From an archaeon (GTDB taxonomy: Archaea > Iainarchaeota > Iainarchaeia > Iainarchaeales > CSSED10-239): DNA of 32,000 bases. The stretch is taken from positions 1 through 32,000 of the forward strand of contig JBBABY010000008.1 of assembly GCA_041657425.1 (NCBI GenBank). The letters run 5' to 3'. Positions 8,328-18,814 of the stretch are shown piece after piece (the first letter of the stretch is position 1; every line of letters starts with the position of its first letter). A program made the translations under genes and the position numbers. Under the pieces are notes generated by a model that was not told where the DNA came from, ran no database searches, and worked only from the letters and a program-made list of their open reading frames with translations.

Positions 8328-10256
8328 CTATGCAAGTTTTAATGCATAAGTTTTATTGATTCTCTTGATTAAATCTTCTTTTTTGGTACAATCTTTGAAA
8401 GCATAAACTATTACTTCCCAAATGGTTTTAACAGGAATGATTTCAAGATCTTTCGATACTTCTAAAGATAATACAAGATCTTCTTTATTGGACTCAGGAA
8501 TTATTACTTTCTTTATTTTTGCAAGTTTTGCAGCATTAACTTTAGCTGTAACTCCTCCAATTGGTAAGACGTCTCCTCTAATGGATAATGAGCCAGTCAT
8601 TGCTATATCTTGCTTGATTGGAATGTTTTCAAGTGCAGAGATAATTGCTGTTGCAATGGAAATAGAAGCAGAGTCTCCTTCTACATTATAAGTTTGAAGG
8701 AATTGAACGTGTATATCGTAGTTAGAGATGTCTTTTCCTGTAAGCTTTTTGATTATCGCAGAAACATTCTCTACTGATTCTTTTGCTATTGCACCAAGTT
8801 GACCTGTAGCAATAATCTTTCCTTCAGATTTTGATTGAGCAGGAGTAATTTCGCATTCAATAGGAAGTAAAAGACCAGCATCTGTGTCGCTCATGACTGC
8901 AAGACCATTAACTCTTCCAACAGCATATCCTGTTGTTTTAAAGATGTCATAGTCTTTCTTAACAATCATCATTTTATTTACCATTTGTTCTTCTAGAGTT
9001 TTTGCTGTTCCTTTAGCTTTAATAACAATATCTCTTGTTACAAGTTTTTTTCCTTCTTCTAAAGCAAGATCCCCAGAAGCTCTAATAAGCCCGCCAAGTT
9101 CTCTTAGTTTAAGTGTTAAGCTATTCTTTCTAGTTGCTTTCTTTCTAGCTTCAAAGATAATCTCATCAACTGCTTCTTTAGTAAATGCAGGAATTTTTTT
9201 ATCTTTAGCAATTTCTTGAGCAACAAACTGAATAACTTTATTTCTGTTTTCTGTGTTGTCAGGCATGTCTATGTTCATATGACACTCATAACCAGATCCT
9301 CTGATTCTTGATCTGATTGCTGGATGGACTTTTTCAAGATCGTGGTAGTTACCAGCAGCAACAAGTATGAAATCACAAGGAGCAGGAGTAGTTCTTACCA
9401 TTGCTCCACTTGACATTTCTGATTGTCCAGTAATGCTGAATTTCTTCTCTTGTAAGATTGTAAGTAAGTCTTGTTGGGATTTTGGAGATAATGCAGAAAT
9501 TTCATCAATGAACAATACTCCGCCATTAGCTTTGTGTATCATTCCAGGAACAACTCTTAAGTGAGCAGGTGTTCCAAGGCCTCCTGATTGAAGAGGATCG
9601 TGAAGTACATCTCCAAGAAGTGCTCCTGCTTTAGCGCCAGTTGCATCAACAAAAGGTACTTCTTTTTTATTCGAGTTATCAATTATAATTTTTGGAATAA
9701 TTGCTTTTTCTTTCTGCATCATTTGCATGCTTAAAGAAGTTGCAACCATTAAAAATCCAGAAAGTATTAGCATTGCTGCAAACACAACATCAGGAACCCA
9801 ACCTAGTCTCCAAAAAACAATAGAGATGACTAGCCAGATTGTTGGTAAAAAGAAACTTATGATTTTTCCAGCCCCCATTTGTCTAGCTGCATCTATTTTT
9901 GCGGCTTCTATTATTTTTTTACCATCTCCTGCAGGTATTTCTACAATCTTTGGTGTGTGGTTATCTTCTTCATTAGGATAGCACATTATGTCTGTTAACT
10001 TGTTAGTTGGAAGTAATTCAGCAAGAGCAGAAGCAATCATTGACTTTCCAGTTCCTGGTGCGCCAATTAAAAGAATATGTCTTCTTTGGTTAGCAACTTT
10101 TTTAATTAAAGTTATTGAAGAGTCTTGGCCAATAACTTGATCTATCATTCGTTTAGGTATTTCAATCTCGCTTGTATCATTATAGATAAGTTCTTTAACA
10201 TCAGTTTTGGTCTCAACTTTTTTTATTGATTTAGTTATTTTTTTTGCTTTTGGCAT
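8328..10256 (-). CDS. lonB: archaeal membrane-anchored Lon protease (LonB)
   Basis: Walker A GAPGTGKS and Walker B VLFIDEI. Two hydrophobic helices are inserted in the AAA+ module ([18 protein letters not shown]..., [19 protein letters not shown]). The protease domain carries the GDSAS Ser and the IGGVTAKV Lys. Confidence 0.95.
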   Translation of the reverse strand: MPKAKKITKSIKKVETKTDVKELIYNDTSEIEIPKRMIDQVIGQDSSITLIKKVANQRRHILLIGAPGTGKSMIASALAELLPTNKLTDIMCYPNEEDNHTPKIVEIPAGDGKKIIEAAKIDAARQMGAGKIISFFLPTIWLVISIVFWRLGWVPDVVFAAMLILSGFLMVATSLSMQMMQKEKAIIPKIIIDNSNKKEVPFVDATGAKAGALLGDVLHDPLQSGGLGTPAHLRVVPGMIHKANGGVLFIDEISALSPKSQQDLLTILQEKKFSITGQSEMSSGAMVRTTPAPCDFILVAAGNYHDLEKVHPAIRSRIRGSGYECHMNIDMPDNTENRNKVIQFVAQEIAKDKKIPAFTKEAVDEIIFEARKKATRKNSLTLKLRELGGLIRASGDLALEEGKKLVTRDIVIKAKGTAKTLEEQMVNKMMIVKKDYDIFKTTGYAVGRVNGLAVMSDTDAGLLLPIECEITPAQSKSEGKIIATGQLGAIAKESVENVSAIIKKLTGKDISNYDIHVQFLQTYNVEGDSASISIATAIISALENIPIKQDIAMTGSLSIRGDVLPIGGVTAKVNAAKLAKIKKVIIPESNKEDLVLSLEVSKDLEIIPVKTIWEVIVYAFKDCTKKEDLIKRINKTYALKLA

Positions 10257-10362
10257 ATTTATTCACCGTCAATTATAATTTAGAAAATAGTTATTTGGTC
10301 TAATTTATATACAATATATGTTCCAAATTGATTAAAAACATATTTGTTCCTATAATATTACT

Positions 10363-11295
10363 ATGTCTAATAAAATTAAAGTTTTTTTCTTAGGAAACTC
10401 GGCATCAATACCAACTGCAGAGAGGAATCTTTCAAGTATTTTGATTAACTATCAAGGTCAAAACTATCTATTTGATTGTCCAGAAAATTGTCAACAACAG
10501 ATAATGAAAGTTAAGCAAAGTATAATGAAAATAAATAATATATTTATTACTCACATGCATGGAGATCATTATTTTGGATTGTTTGGAATTCTTTCTAGTT
10601 TTAAACTTAACAACAGAACAGCAGACATTAATCTTTATGTTCCTAAGGGAGAAAAGAAAAATCTTGAGACATTAATCAAACTTACAATTTTTGATAAGCA
10701 TTTACCAGAGTATAAAGTAAATATAAAAGAAATAGAGAAAGGCACAATCTTTTCAAATGAAGAATTAACAATAGAAACTATTCCATTAGATCATAATGTT
10801 AAGACTAATGGTTATATCTTCAAGATAAAAGATAAGATTGGCAAGTTCAATAAAGCAAAAGCATTAAAACTAAAGATTCCAGAAGGCCCTCTTTTCTCAC
10901 AACTTCAAAAAGGCAAGTCAATAAAGTTAAATGGTAAAACTATAAAGCCAGAAGAAGTAATGGATTACAAGTTTAAAAAGTCAGGAAAGAAGATTGTTTA
11001 CTTGGCAGATACACAAGTTTTAAAGAAGATTCCAAAAGAATTAATGAACACAGACATCTTAATTCATGAAAGTACATTTTTTGAAGAAGACAAAGAAAAA
11101 GCAAGAGCAGTAAAACATGCAGTTGCTGAAGAGATTCCAAATTTTGCAAAGGCAATTAAGGCAAAGACAATATATCTTACACATCTTTCTAGCAAGTACA
11201 GCGACTTAGACGTAAGAGAAAAGCTTTTACAGAAGAAAACAAAGAATTTAAAGATAATAAAGCAATTACAAGAAATAGAAGTTGAGGACTATTAA
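10363..11295 (+). CDS. rnz: ribonuclease Z (tRNA 3' endonuclease, metallo-beta-lactamase fold)
   Basis: HMHGDHYFGL (HxHxDH) motif and an N-terminal FLGNSASIPTAERN pattern. 310 aa, typical of the short RNase Z form. Confidence 0.85.
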   Translation: MSNKIKVFFLGNSASIPTAERNLSSILINYQGQNYLFDCPENCQQQIMKVKQSIMKINNIFITHMHGDHYFGLFGILSSFKLNNRTADINLYVPKGEKKNLETLIKLTIFDKHLPEYKVNIKEIEKGTIFSNEELTIETIPLDHNVKTNGYIFKIKDKIGKFNKAKALKLKIPEGPLFSQLQKGKSIKLNGKTIKPEEVMDYKFKKSGKKIVYLADTQVLKKIPKELMNTDILIHESTFFEEDKEKARAVKHAVAEEIPNFAKAIKAKTIYLTHLSSKYSDLDVREKLLQKKTKNLKIIKQLQEIEVEDY

Positions 11296-11296
11296 T

Positions 11297-11986
11297 TTAT
11301 TTGTAAGTCCATTCTTTTCCTGGTTCAATTACAATTGGTTTAATGGTATATCTTGTCCCATCTAATTTTTCTTTTAGTGCGTATGGATTTTGTTTCATAT
11401 GAGCAAAGGTATTGTATGCCATAGGTATTAGATATTTTGGTTTAATCTTTTTTGCAACACTAATTGCACTACCAAGATCCATTGTCCCGCCTCCGCCAAT
11501 TGGAAGCATTGCAATATCTGCTTTAATCTTATCGTGTTCTCTTGTCATTAAAGTGTCTCCTGCAAAGTAAACACTATTTTTTTTATCAGAGATAAGAAAA
11601 CTTAATGGGTAAAATGAATTAGGATGGTGTGCAGGATATGCGTAATAGTTTATATCATTTAAAGTTTTTGTTTGATATTCGTCCATTGATATTTTGGAAT
11701 GGTCGTCTATATCTACTTTATTTAAAATACTTCTGTGAGCAATAACTTTTGATTTATGTTTTTTTGCAATTAAATTAGTATTGTCAACATCAAATGCATC
11801 GAAATGTTCATGGCTAATAAGTATAGCATCTATATTTGGGAGTTTAGCAAATGGTATTGCACAATCAATTAGTCTTTTGTAACTGCACTTATCTTCATTA
11901 TTAAAATAAGGGTCAGTAAGAATATTATTTCCATTCATATTAATAATGAAAGAAGAATGTCCCAAATATTTAATCTTTATTCCCAT
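11297..11986 (-). CDS. MBL-fold metal-dependent hydrolase (UlaG/COG2220-like)
   Basis: YLGHSSFIINMNGNNILTDPYF start and ISHEHFDAFD metal motif. 229 aa. Confidence 0.75.
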   Translation of the reverse strand: MGIKIKYLGHSSFIINMNGNNILTDPYFNNEDKCSYKRLIDCAIPFAKLPNIDAILISHEHFDAFDVDNTNLIAKKHKSKVIAHRSILNKVDIDDHSKISMDEYQTKTLNDINYYAYPAHHPNSFYPLSFLISDKKNSVYFAGDTLMTREHDKIKADIAMLPIGGGGTMDLGSAISVAKKIKPKYLIPMAYNTFAHMKQNPYALKEKLDGTRYTIKPIVIEPGKEWTYK

Positions 11987-12111
11987 ATATAGATTAAAGT
12001 GAGTAACCTATATAAAGCGATATATCTAAAATAAACTAATATGCGGTATTATAAATATTTTTATACTATATATTACCTTATAGTATATTAATAAAAAAGA
12101 GAAAAAATAAG

Positions 12112-12921
12112 ATGAATGCAAAATATCTTTTAGTAATGGCTTTGGTATTGTTTTTGTCAATGCCTGTTTGTGCAATTTCGTTAAAGGATTTTGATATTTC
12201 TGTAAATGTAACTGGTTCAGATAATGCCAAAATTATTGAAATTTGGAAAATTGATTATAATTCTATTGGCGATCTTTCTCTGTTAAAACAACAGATTCTT
12301 AATTCAAGTACAGATTTAAAGGAATTAGAAAAAATAAATCCTGATTTAAAACCACACATTTATATTAATGAAAATAAAATAAAAAATTTTTCTATTTCTT
12401 TTGATGAACCAAATGCAATAGTAAGAATGGAATATATAATTAGTGATGTTTGTTTAATTAAATATCTTGATTATGAAGATCAGATCATTTGGAGATTTAA
12501 TGAAAATTTATTTAGGCAGTTTGTAATTAATGGTTTATTTAATATCCCTACAAATTCTCAGATTGCAATAACTTTATATGATCCATTAGTTGTTGGAGAT
12601 GTAGTACCTACTGCAAAAGTAGTTGGAAGAACAATAATGTGGAACGGATTCTCCTCAAATGAACTTAGAGTATTATCTGTTGAAAGAAGGCCGCCAGAAC
12701 CGACTTTTGTTATTTCTAATTTATTTTCAAAGGACTATCTTAATAAGTCTTATTTTTATGTATTATTTATACTTTTAGCAATTGCTTTAGTGTTATTAAT
12801 ATTTAGAAATAAAGTAAATCGCGGAATAAAGGGGTTTGTTACAAAGCACTCAGTAATAAAACCAAGAAAGCAAATAAACGAAATAGTAGATTTCGATTTT
12901 GTAAGTAAGAAAAGTAAATAA
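12112..12921 (+). CDS. hypothetical type I membrane/surface protein
   Basis: N-terminal signal peptide MNAKYLLVMALVLFLSMPVCA and a C-terminal TM YFYVLFILLAIALVLLIF followed by a basic cytoplasmic tail. I recognise no family. Confidence 0.55.
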   Translation: MNAKYLLVMALVLFLSMPVCAISLKDFDISVNVTGSDNAKIIEIWKIDYNSIGDLSLLKQQILNSSTDLKELEKINPDLKPHIYINENKIKNFSISFDEPNAIVRMEYIISDVCLIKYLDYEDQIIWRFNENLFRQFVINGLFNIPTNSQIAITLYDPLVVGDVVPTAKVVGRTIMWNGFSSNELRVLSVERRPPEPTFVISNLFSKDYLNKSYFYVLFILLAIALVLLIFRNKVNRGIKGFVTKHSVIKPRKQINEIVDFDFVSKKSK

Positions 12922-12929
12922 GGGAATTT

Positions 12930-14423
12930 ATGAGTTTAAAATTACAAGATGTTGATGCAAAAGTTTATGAATATATAAAAATAAAAACAAATGCACAATT
13001 AGAAGATATTACAAAAGATATTAATTGTAATGCTGATTCTTTAAGGCGTGCAATAGAGACATTAAAATTAAATGGGGTTATTGAAGAAAAAATAACTTCG
13101 GTTTTTGTATACGATTTGGACACAAACGGGAAAGTGGCTTTAGAAAATGGATTTATTGAGGAAATATTTTGTGATTTTTTAAAAGATAGGCTCACAAAAA
13201 TAAGCGAATTAAATAATTTAGAGATTTCTAAATTAACAAAAGAAGATATCACTTTAGCTTTTGGAATTGCAAAAAGAAAAGAATTAATTGAAATTGTTAA
13301 TGGTGAAATAAAAGTTAAATTAAATTATAAAGAACTATTAATTAATCAAAAAAATCTCCTTAAAGCAATTTCTTTAAATCAAATCGTTTCAGATAATGTT
13401 GATCTTCAAGAACTATTAAAAAGAAAAGACTTTATTATAAAAAAAGAAAAACAAATAAAAGAATATAAGTTATTACAAATTATTAGTTATGAAATACAAT
13501 CTGATCAAGAATTATATTTAACTCCAGAATTATTAAAAACAAGAGAATATAAAAATATAAATTTTAAAGAATTTGATGTTAGCTCTCTTCCCTCACCAAA
13601 AGAACAAGGGAGAATACATCCACTAAGACAAGTAATATATCAATTAAGAGAATTATATTTAGAAATGGGATTTAAAGAAATGCAAGGCCCATATATTGAA
13701 ACTTGTTTTTGGAATATGGACTCTATGTTTATTTCTCAGAATCACCCCGCAAGAGATATTCAAGACACTTTCTATTTAGATATATTAGGGGATTTGCCAA
13801 AAGAAAAAGATATAATTTATCAAATTTCTGAAATTCACAATAATGGTTGGAAGACTGGGTCTAAAGGATATCAATATGATTGGAACTCAGAAGAGTCTAG
13901 AAAATTAGTATTAAGAACACACACAACAGCAACAACCTATAGAACTTTTTTTAATTTAACAGCAGAAGAGAAAGAAAATTCTAAATATTTCTGTATAGAT
14001 AAAGTTTTTAGAAATGAAACCATTGACTATAGTCATTTACCTGAATTTCATCAAGCAGAAGGATTTATTATTGGAGATAACTTATCTCTTGCAGATCTTT
14101 TATCATTTATTAAAGAATTCTTTTCAAAACTTGGAATAACTAAAGTCAAATTTAAGCCAACCTATAATCCATATACAGAACCAAGCGTTGAAGCAAGCGG
14201 TTATTCGGAAATTACAGGCAAGTGGATAGAATTAATTAATGCAGGGATATTTAGACCAGAGTCATTAGCGCCATACGGCATTGATAAAACGGTTATTGCT
14301 TGGGGTCTTGGAGTAGAAAGACTAGCAATGCTTATGTATTCAAAGTCAATTAAAGAAATACATGGCGATGAAGAAAACATTGATTGGTTAAAAGAATATT
14401 CGTTACCAAAAAGAGAATTGTAA
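12930..14423 (+). CDS. pheS: phenylalanine--tRNA ligase alpha subunit (archaeal type)
   Basis: Class II motifs FRNETIDYSHLPEFHQAEG and GLGVERLAML. 497 aa, with pheT immediately downstream. Confidence 0.95.
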   Translation: MSLKLQDVDAKVYEYIKIKTNAQLEDITKDINCNADSLRRAIETLKLNGVIEEKITSVFVYDLDTNGKVALENGFIEEIFCDFLKDRLTKISELNNLEISKLTKEDITLAFGIAKRKELIEIVNGEIKVKLNYKELLINQKNLLKAISLNQIVSDNVDLQELLKRKDFIIKKEKQIKEYKLLQIISYEIQSDQELYLTPELLKTREYKNINFKEFDVSSLPSPKEQGRIHPLRQVIYQLRELYLEMGFKEMQGPYIETCFWNMDSMFISQNHPARDIQDTFYLDILGDLPKEKDIIYQISEIHNNGWKTGSKGYQYDWNSEESRKLVLRTHTTATTYRTFFNLTAEEKENSKYFCIDKVFRNETIDYSHLPEFHQAEGFIIGDNLSLADLLSFIKEFFSKLGITKVKFKPTYNPYTEPSVEASGYSEITGKWIELINAGIFRPESLAPYGIDKTVIAWGLGVERLAMLMYSKSIKEIHGDEENIDWLKEYSLPKREL

Positions 14424-14442
14424 AAGAACAGGGAAAAGAATT

Positions 14443-16113
14443 ATGGCAACAATTGATTTGTATTTTAAAGATGTAAAAAAAGAATTAAAGAAAGAAAACT
14501 TGTCTATTGATGAGTTTGAAGAATTATTATTCAATTATGGTTTTGAAATTGATAGTTATAATAAAGTGACAGATGAACTAAAAGTAGAAGTTACTGCAGA
14601 AAGACCAGATACATTATCTAAAGAAGGGTTATTGAGAATCTTAAAAGTATTTACTGGAGTAAATAAATGTCCAAAATATGTAGTTAAGAAATCAAGTTAT
14701 ATGCTTAATATTGATAATTCAGTTAAAGACATTAGACCATATAGTGTTTGTGCAGTTATTACAAATTTAAAACTTGACGAAGAGAAATTAAAGCAAATAA
14801 TCAATGTTCAAGAAAAATTACATTTTACAATTCTTAGAAGAAGACTACTTGGCGCAATTGGTATTTATCCACTTGATAAAATCAAATTTCCAATTACTTT
14901 TGTAGGCAAAGATTCAAAAGACATTAAGTTTATTCCACTTGGAGAAACAAAAGAATTAACTGGAAAAGAAATACTTACAGAAACAGAAACAGGAAAAGAA
15001 TATTCGCATTTGCTTTCAGAAAAAAACAAATTTCCTGTGTTTATTGATAGTGATGGTAAGATTTTGTCAATGCCTCCAATAATTAATTCAGATTTAACAG
15101 GAAGAGTAACAACAAGTACAAAGGAGATTTTTATAGAGTGTTCAGGAAATGATATAGTGAGATTGAATCAAGTACTTAATATTCTGTCTTGTTTGTTTAT
15201 TGATTTTGGTGGAGAACTTCAATCTATGGAAGTAAATTTTGGAAAAAGCTATGATAAAAAACAAATGATCACTCCGGATTTAACAGAAGAAAAAAGATTA
15301 ATTACTATAGCTAATGTTAATTCACTTATTGGTATAAATTTAGATATTGATGCAATTTGTGTGCTACTTGAAAAGATGTGTTACAAAACAAAAAAATTTG
15401 GAAAAGATAAGATTGAAGTAACAATTCCAGTATTTAGAATAGATATATTGCATGAAGTAGATATTATTGATGATATTGCAAGGGCATATGGTTTCAATAA
15501 CATTCCATTAAAGATGCCAAAGATATTTACGATTGGAGAAAAATTAAATAGTACAATTAAGCAAGAAAATATTATTCAAATATTAGCCCAATGTGGATTA
15601 GTAGAAGTTAGCCCATTATCTCTTTCAAGTAAAAAGGATTCTTTTGAGAATTTTAATTTAGAGTTTACAAAAGATAAAGCTATTGAACTTGGTTATTCAA
15701 AAGATAAATCAATAGACATTGTTAGTTCTTGGTTTACTCCAAAACTGATAAGAATATTAACTAATAATCAACATATGAGTTATCCACAGAAGATATTTTG
15801 TTGCGATAAAGTTGTGATTCCCGATAATGAAAAAGATGTCAAATCAAAAACAATATTGCATGCAGCAGTGGCAATTGCAAATTCTAAAGTGAGTTTTACA
15901 GAAGTAGCAAGTATTCTAGTGTCATTAGGTAATACCTTAGGTTATAAACTAGAATTACAGAAATTTGATTATCCATTTTATATCAAAGGAAGATCTGCAA
16001 AAATATTATTTGATAATAAAGACGTAGGGCACTTAGGAGAAATTCACCCTAGTGTTTTAAATAACTTTGAATATAACATTCCTGTTGCAAGTTTTGAAAT
16101 TGATGTTAATTAA
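14443..16113 (+). CDS. pheT: phenylalanine--tRNA ligase beta subunit (archaeal type)
   Basis: 556 aa in the archaeal/eukaryal beta-subunit layout (..VEVTAERPDTLSKEGLLR.., ..IDILHEVDIIDDIARAYGFNNIP..). It follows pheS after 19 nt. Confidence 0.93.
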   Translation: MATIDLYFKDVKKELKKENLSIDEFEELLFNYGFEIDSYNKVTDELKVEVTAERPDTLSKEGLLRILKVFTGVNKCPKYVVKKSSYMLNIDNSVKDIRPYSVCAVITNLKLDEEKLKQIINVQEKLHFTILRRRLLGAIGIYPLDKIKFPITFVGKDSKDIKFIPLGETKELTGKEILTETETGKEYSHLLSEKNKFPVFIDSDGKILSMPPIINSDLTGRVTTSTKEIFIECSGNDIVRLNQVLNILSCLFIDFGGELQSMEVNFGKSYDKKQMITPDLTEEKRLITIANVNSLIGINLDIDAICVLLEKMCYKTKKFGKDKIEVTIPVFRIDILHEVDIIDDIARAYGFNNIPLKMPKIFTIGEKLNSTIKQENIIQILAQCGLVEVSPLSLSSKKDSFENFNLEFTKDKAIELGYSKDKSIDIVSSWFTPKLIRILTNNQHMSYPQKIFCCDKVVIPDNEKDVKSKTILHAAVAIANSKVSFTEVASILVSLGNTLGYKLELQKFDYPFYIKGRSAKILFDNKDVGHLGEIHPSVLNNFEYNIPVASFEIDVN

Positions 16114-16789
16114 GTTTGGATAATATTTTTTGTAATTCAATTTCTGATTTTCTGAATTCTTTTTTTAGATTATTTAAATGTTTACTTTTAAGTGAAAAAT
16201 CAGGGGCCGTAATTTTTTTAAGACAAATGGGTGTTTTATAAATAAATGGCGCAATTAGGTCAATATATGACCATTTTGGACAAGTGTGTTTATTGTCAAT
16301 AATTTCTTTCTGTATTGTTTTAAGATATAAAACAAAAGTAATTAATTCAATATATGATACTTTAGATTTAATTTCTTTTGAATAATATTTGTTTAATGTT
16401 TTATCAAGTAGTCCTTTTGGAATAATAATATATTTTAGTTGAATATTTTTAAAATTAGTGTCATAAAAAGATTCTATAGATAAGTGTTCTTCAACAGTAC
16501 TTACTTTTTGTTTATCAAAATAGTTATGAAAATGTTTATCTAATATAAAATGAGAAATAAAGCCAATTGTAAATGCTTTTTCTTCTTTTGTTTTAGCAAG
16601 TTTTAACATTCTCTTCCCAAACATTAATCCGTCATTATTTTTAAGCAATGTAAATAATTCGTGGTGTTTGTTAAGATGAATTTTAGTAAATGAAAAATAA
16701 TCAGGAAATATTGCTCCAGAGTATAAATAGGATTTATCAAAACCAGATAATTTACTTACAAACGAAATGTGCGTTCTTGCCATTGGCAT
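16106..16789 (-). CDS. putative zinc-dependent phospholipase C-like metal hydrolase
   Basis: N-terminal ARTHISF, then GAIFPDYF and FISHFILDKHFHNY, resemble the His/Asp metal ligands of Zn_dep_PLPC-family proteins. This rests on pattern only. Confidence 0.4.
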   Translation of the reverse strand: MPMARTHISFVSKLSGFDKSYLYSGAIFPDYFSFTKIHLNKHHELFTLLKNNDGLMFGKRMLKLAKTKEEKAFTIGFISHFILDKHFHNYFDKQKVSTVEEHLSIESFYDTNFKNIQLKYIIIPKGLLDKTLNKYYSKEIKSKVSYIELITFVLYLKTIQKEIIDNKHTCPKWSYIDLIAPFIYKTPICLKKITAPDFSLKSKHLNNLKKEFRKSEIELQKILSKLN

Positions 16790-16824
16790 AATAACACGAA
16801 TTTAAATAAAAAAAAAGAAAGAAT

Positions 16825-17232
16825 TTATTTCCTTCTTGCAATTTTTATTGAAGACCCTGCTTTGATGTATTCAATTTCTGAGCCTGTAACTAAATCAGCA
16901 AATTCGTCTTTGTCAACTTCGTATGTTTGATAGTTGGTCATATCCATTACTTGGAATTTTGCACCTAAGTCTGCGATAATTTGTCCATTGCCTTTGTCAA
17001 GTATTGGTACTTGTACATCTTCTGAACTAGGTTTTAAAAGATTCATTTTTTGTCCTGTAAAAACACCAGTTGCTGTCATTCTAATCTTCGCTGCCCCGTG
17101 TTTACCAGGCTTTGATTTGGTAATCGTATCAATTTTACAAATCACATCATCAATCAATATAAATTGTTTTTCCTTTAGTTGTCCAAGTTCTGAGAACTTA
17201 ATTTCATAATCTCTTGCCATAACTTTCACCAT
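16825..17232 (-). CDS. eif5a: translation initiation factor 5A (aIF5A)
   Basis: Hypusine-site motif SKPGKHGAAKIRM. 131-135 aa; the ATG at 17220 preceded by GGTGAAAG may be the true start. Confidence 0.95.
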   Translation of the reverse strand: MVKVMARDYEIKFSELGQLKEKQFILIDDVICKIDTITKSKPGKHGAAKIRMTATGVFTGQKMNLLKPSSEDVQVPILDKGNGQIIADLGAKFQVMDMTNYQTYEVDKDEFADLVTGSEIEYIKAGSSIKIARRK

Positions 17233-17358
17233 TTTCCTTTTAAAAAAAGTATTATTTACTATAATTACTATATAATTAGGTATAAATATATTTTAAATAT
17301 GTTTTGTTTAACAATAACTATATTATATCTATATAAATTATGTAAAAAATGAAAAACT

Positions 17359-17817
17359 ATGTTAAAAATATTTAAATCTATATTTAAAAAAATACCAAAA
17401 GAATCAACAAGAAATAATATTGCGGTTTTTGTAGATGGTCCAAATATCTTAAGAAAAGAATTTAATATTGATCTTTATAAAATTAAATTACAATTATTAA
17501 AGGATGGTCCATTAAAAATTGCAAGAGTTTATTTAGATCAATATGCAACGGATAAATTAATTGAAGCAGTTGTTAATCTAGGATTTGAAAGTGTAATTAC
17601 TGTGGGGGACGTTGATGTTGCAATGGCCGTAGATGCCACAGAGTGTGCCTTTAGTAAAGAAATAGACACAGTGGTTTTTATTACAAGAGATTCAGATTAT
17701 TTGCCTGCAATTTTAAAAGCAAAAAGACAAGGAAAGAAAACAATTGTATATCTTGTAGAAGACGGTTCTGCGATTGCATTAAAAAATACTGTTGACAGAG
17801 TGGTTTTCATTAAGTAA
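17359..17817 (+). CDS. NYN / LabA-like PIN-fold nuclease domain protein
   Basis: NIAVFVDGPNILRK..., VGDVDVAMAVDA and VVFITRDSDYLPAILKAKRQGKKTIV match the acidic-residue pattern of NYN (DUF88) domains. Confidence 0.75.
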   Translation: MLKIFKSIFKKIPKESTRNNIAVFVDGPNILRKEFNIDLYKIKLQLLKDGPLKIARVYLDQYATDKLIEAVVNLGFESVITVGDVDVAMAVDATECAFSKEIDTVVFITRDSDYLPAILKAKRQGKKTIVYLVEDGSAIALKNTVDRVVFIK

Positions 17818-17828
17818 AAGGAAAAAAT

Positions 17829-18329
17829 ATGAATTTGCCAGTATTAAACCCAGTGGTTAAAAATGCGCCACTAGAGAAAATAATTCCAGATAAATTGTTT
17901 TTAGATTTATTTGAGAAAAGTTTCGAAGGGTATATATATTTGACCATTCAAGGAAAATACGGATTTGAAGAATCAATAATTATTTTTTCAAAAGGGAAGA
18001 TTGAAGGATTAATATTTTTAATAAATGGATATGACACAGAAGTATTTGGAAAAGATGCAGTTAATTATTGTTTAAATTGTTTTGGAGCAAAATACGGAAT
18101 ATTAAATTTATTTGTTTTAACAGAAGATCAAATTAAATTAGTCCTATTATTTAATGATAAAATAAAATATAGTTTAGCAGTAACTACAAAGAAAGATATG
18201 TCCATTTTAAAAGATATAAAATATAATGAGACAATGATAGAGAATCTATTAAAAGAGAAGGTACAAAAAGAAAAAACCAAAAAAGAAGTATTAGACGACT
18301 TAGGATTAAATGATCTATTAAGAGAATGA
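17829..18329 (+). CDS. hypothetical protein, PATAN/DUF4388- or DUF2226-like core
   Basis: The core FEGYIYLTIQGKYGFEESIIIFSKGKIEGLIFL...FGKDAVNYCLN...GILNLFVLTEDQ resembles the 'G.l.l...g.i.f..G.i..a...G..A' pattern. This is from memory and unverified. Confidence 0.4.
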   Translation: MNLPVLNPVVKNAPLEKIIPDKLFLDLFEKSFEGYIYLTIQGKYGFEESIIIFSKGKIEGLIFLINGYDTEVFGKDAVNYCLNCFGAKYGILNLFVLTEDQIKLVLLFNDKIKYSLAVTTKKDMSILKDIKYNETMIENLLKEKVQKEKTKKEVLDDLGLNDLLRE

Positions 18330-18336
18330 AACTGAT

Positions 18337-18783
18337 GTGACAATAATGAATGCAATAACCAAATTAATTACAAGATTTTCAACAAAAATATTAAATATCG
18401 AAGATAGAACCACTGAGAGTTCTATTTCAACGCTATTAGATTACAGGCCAATATTTATTCATTCTTCTGATCTAACAGATTTTTTACAGAAATTAAGAAT
18501 GAAACATCTAATAAATGATATAATAATTACTGATCTTGACGGAGTAGTAATTGGAAGCACAAATAAAGATATAAAGGAAGGATTTAAAAGTGCAGCAATG
18601 TATAATTATATAAATTCAGAAATAAAAGAATTATCAATAATTTTGTTTGAAGCAAATGGCTGGCAAATAATTTTTAAACATGAGGAAAAAGTTTATTTCA
18701 TTAAAGCAAATGATGGATTGTCAAGAATTGAAGTATTAACTATTGTTAAAGAAATAGAGAATTTTATAAAATGTATTGTTTAG
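18337..18783 (+). CDS. Roadblock/LC7 (MglB-like) domain protein, tentative
   Basis: LINDIIITDLDGVVIGSTNKD...ELSIILFEANGWQIIFKHEEKVYFIKAN fits the Roadblock alpha-beta-alpha pattern. The ATG at 18346 is an alternative start. Confidence 0.4.
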   Translation: MTIMNAITKLITRFSTKILNIEDRTTESSISTLLDYRPIFIHSSDLTDFLQKLRMKHLINDIIITDLDGVVIGSTNKDIKEGFKSAAMYNYINSEIKELSIILFEANGWQIIFKHEEKVYFIKANDGLSRIEVLTIVKEIENFIKCIV

Positions 18784-18814
18784 AATTATATTGTTTTTAA
18801 TATATTAAAAAGAA

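Noticed and set aside
12062-12087. 9-bp perfect inverted repeat TATACTATA / TATAGTATA with an 8-nt spacer upstream of the gene at 12112.
   Set aside because: It is composed entirely of TATA-like sequence in a promoter-rich AT spacer, and such palindromes arise easily by chance. It may simply be overlapping TATA boxes. Not strong enough to call an operator.
12112-12921. Possible archaeosortase substrate (PEPTF motif and a C-terminal TM).
   Set aside because: The motif lies ~20 residues before the TM, and the TM is followed by a ~40-residue cytoplasmic tail. Genuine sorting signals are motif + TM + a few basic residues at the extreme C-terminus.
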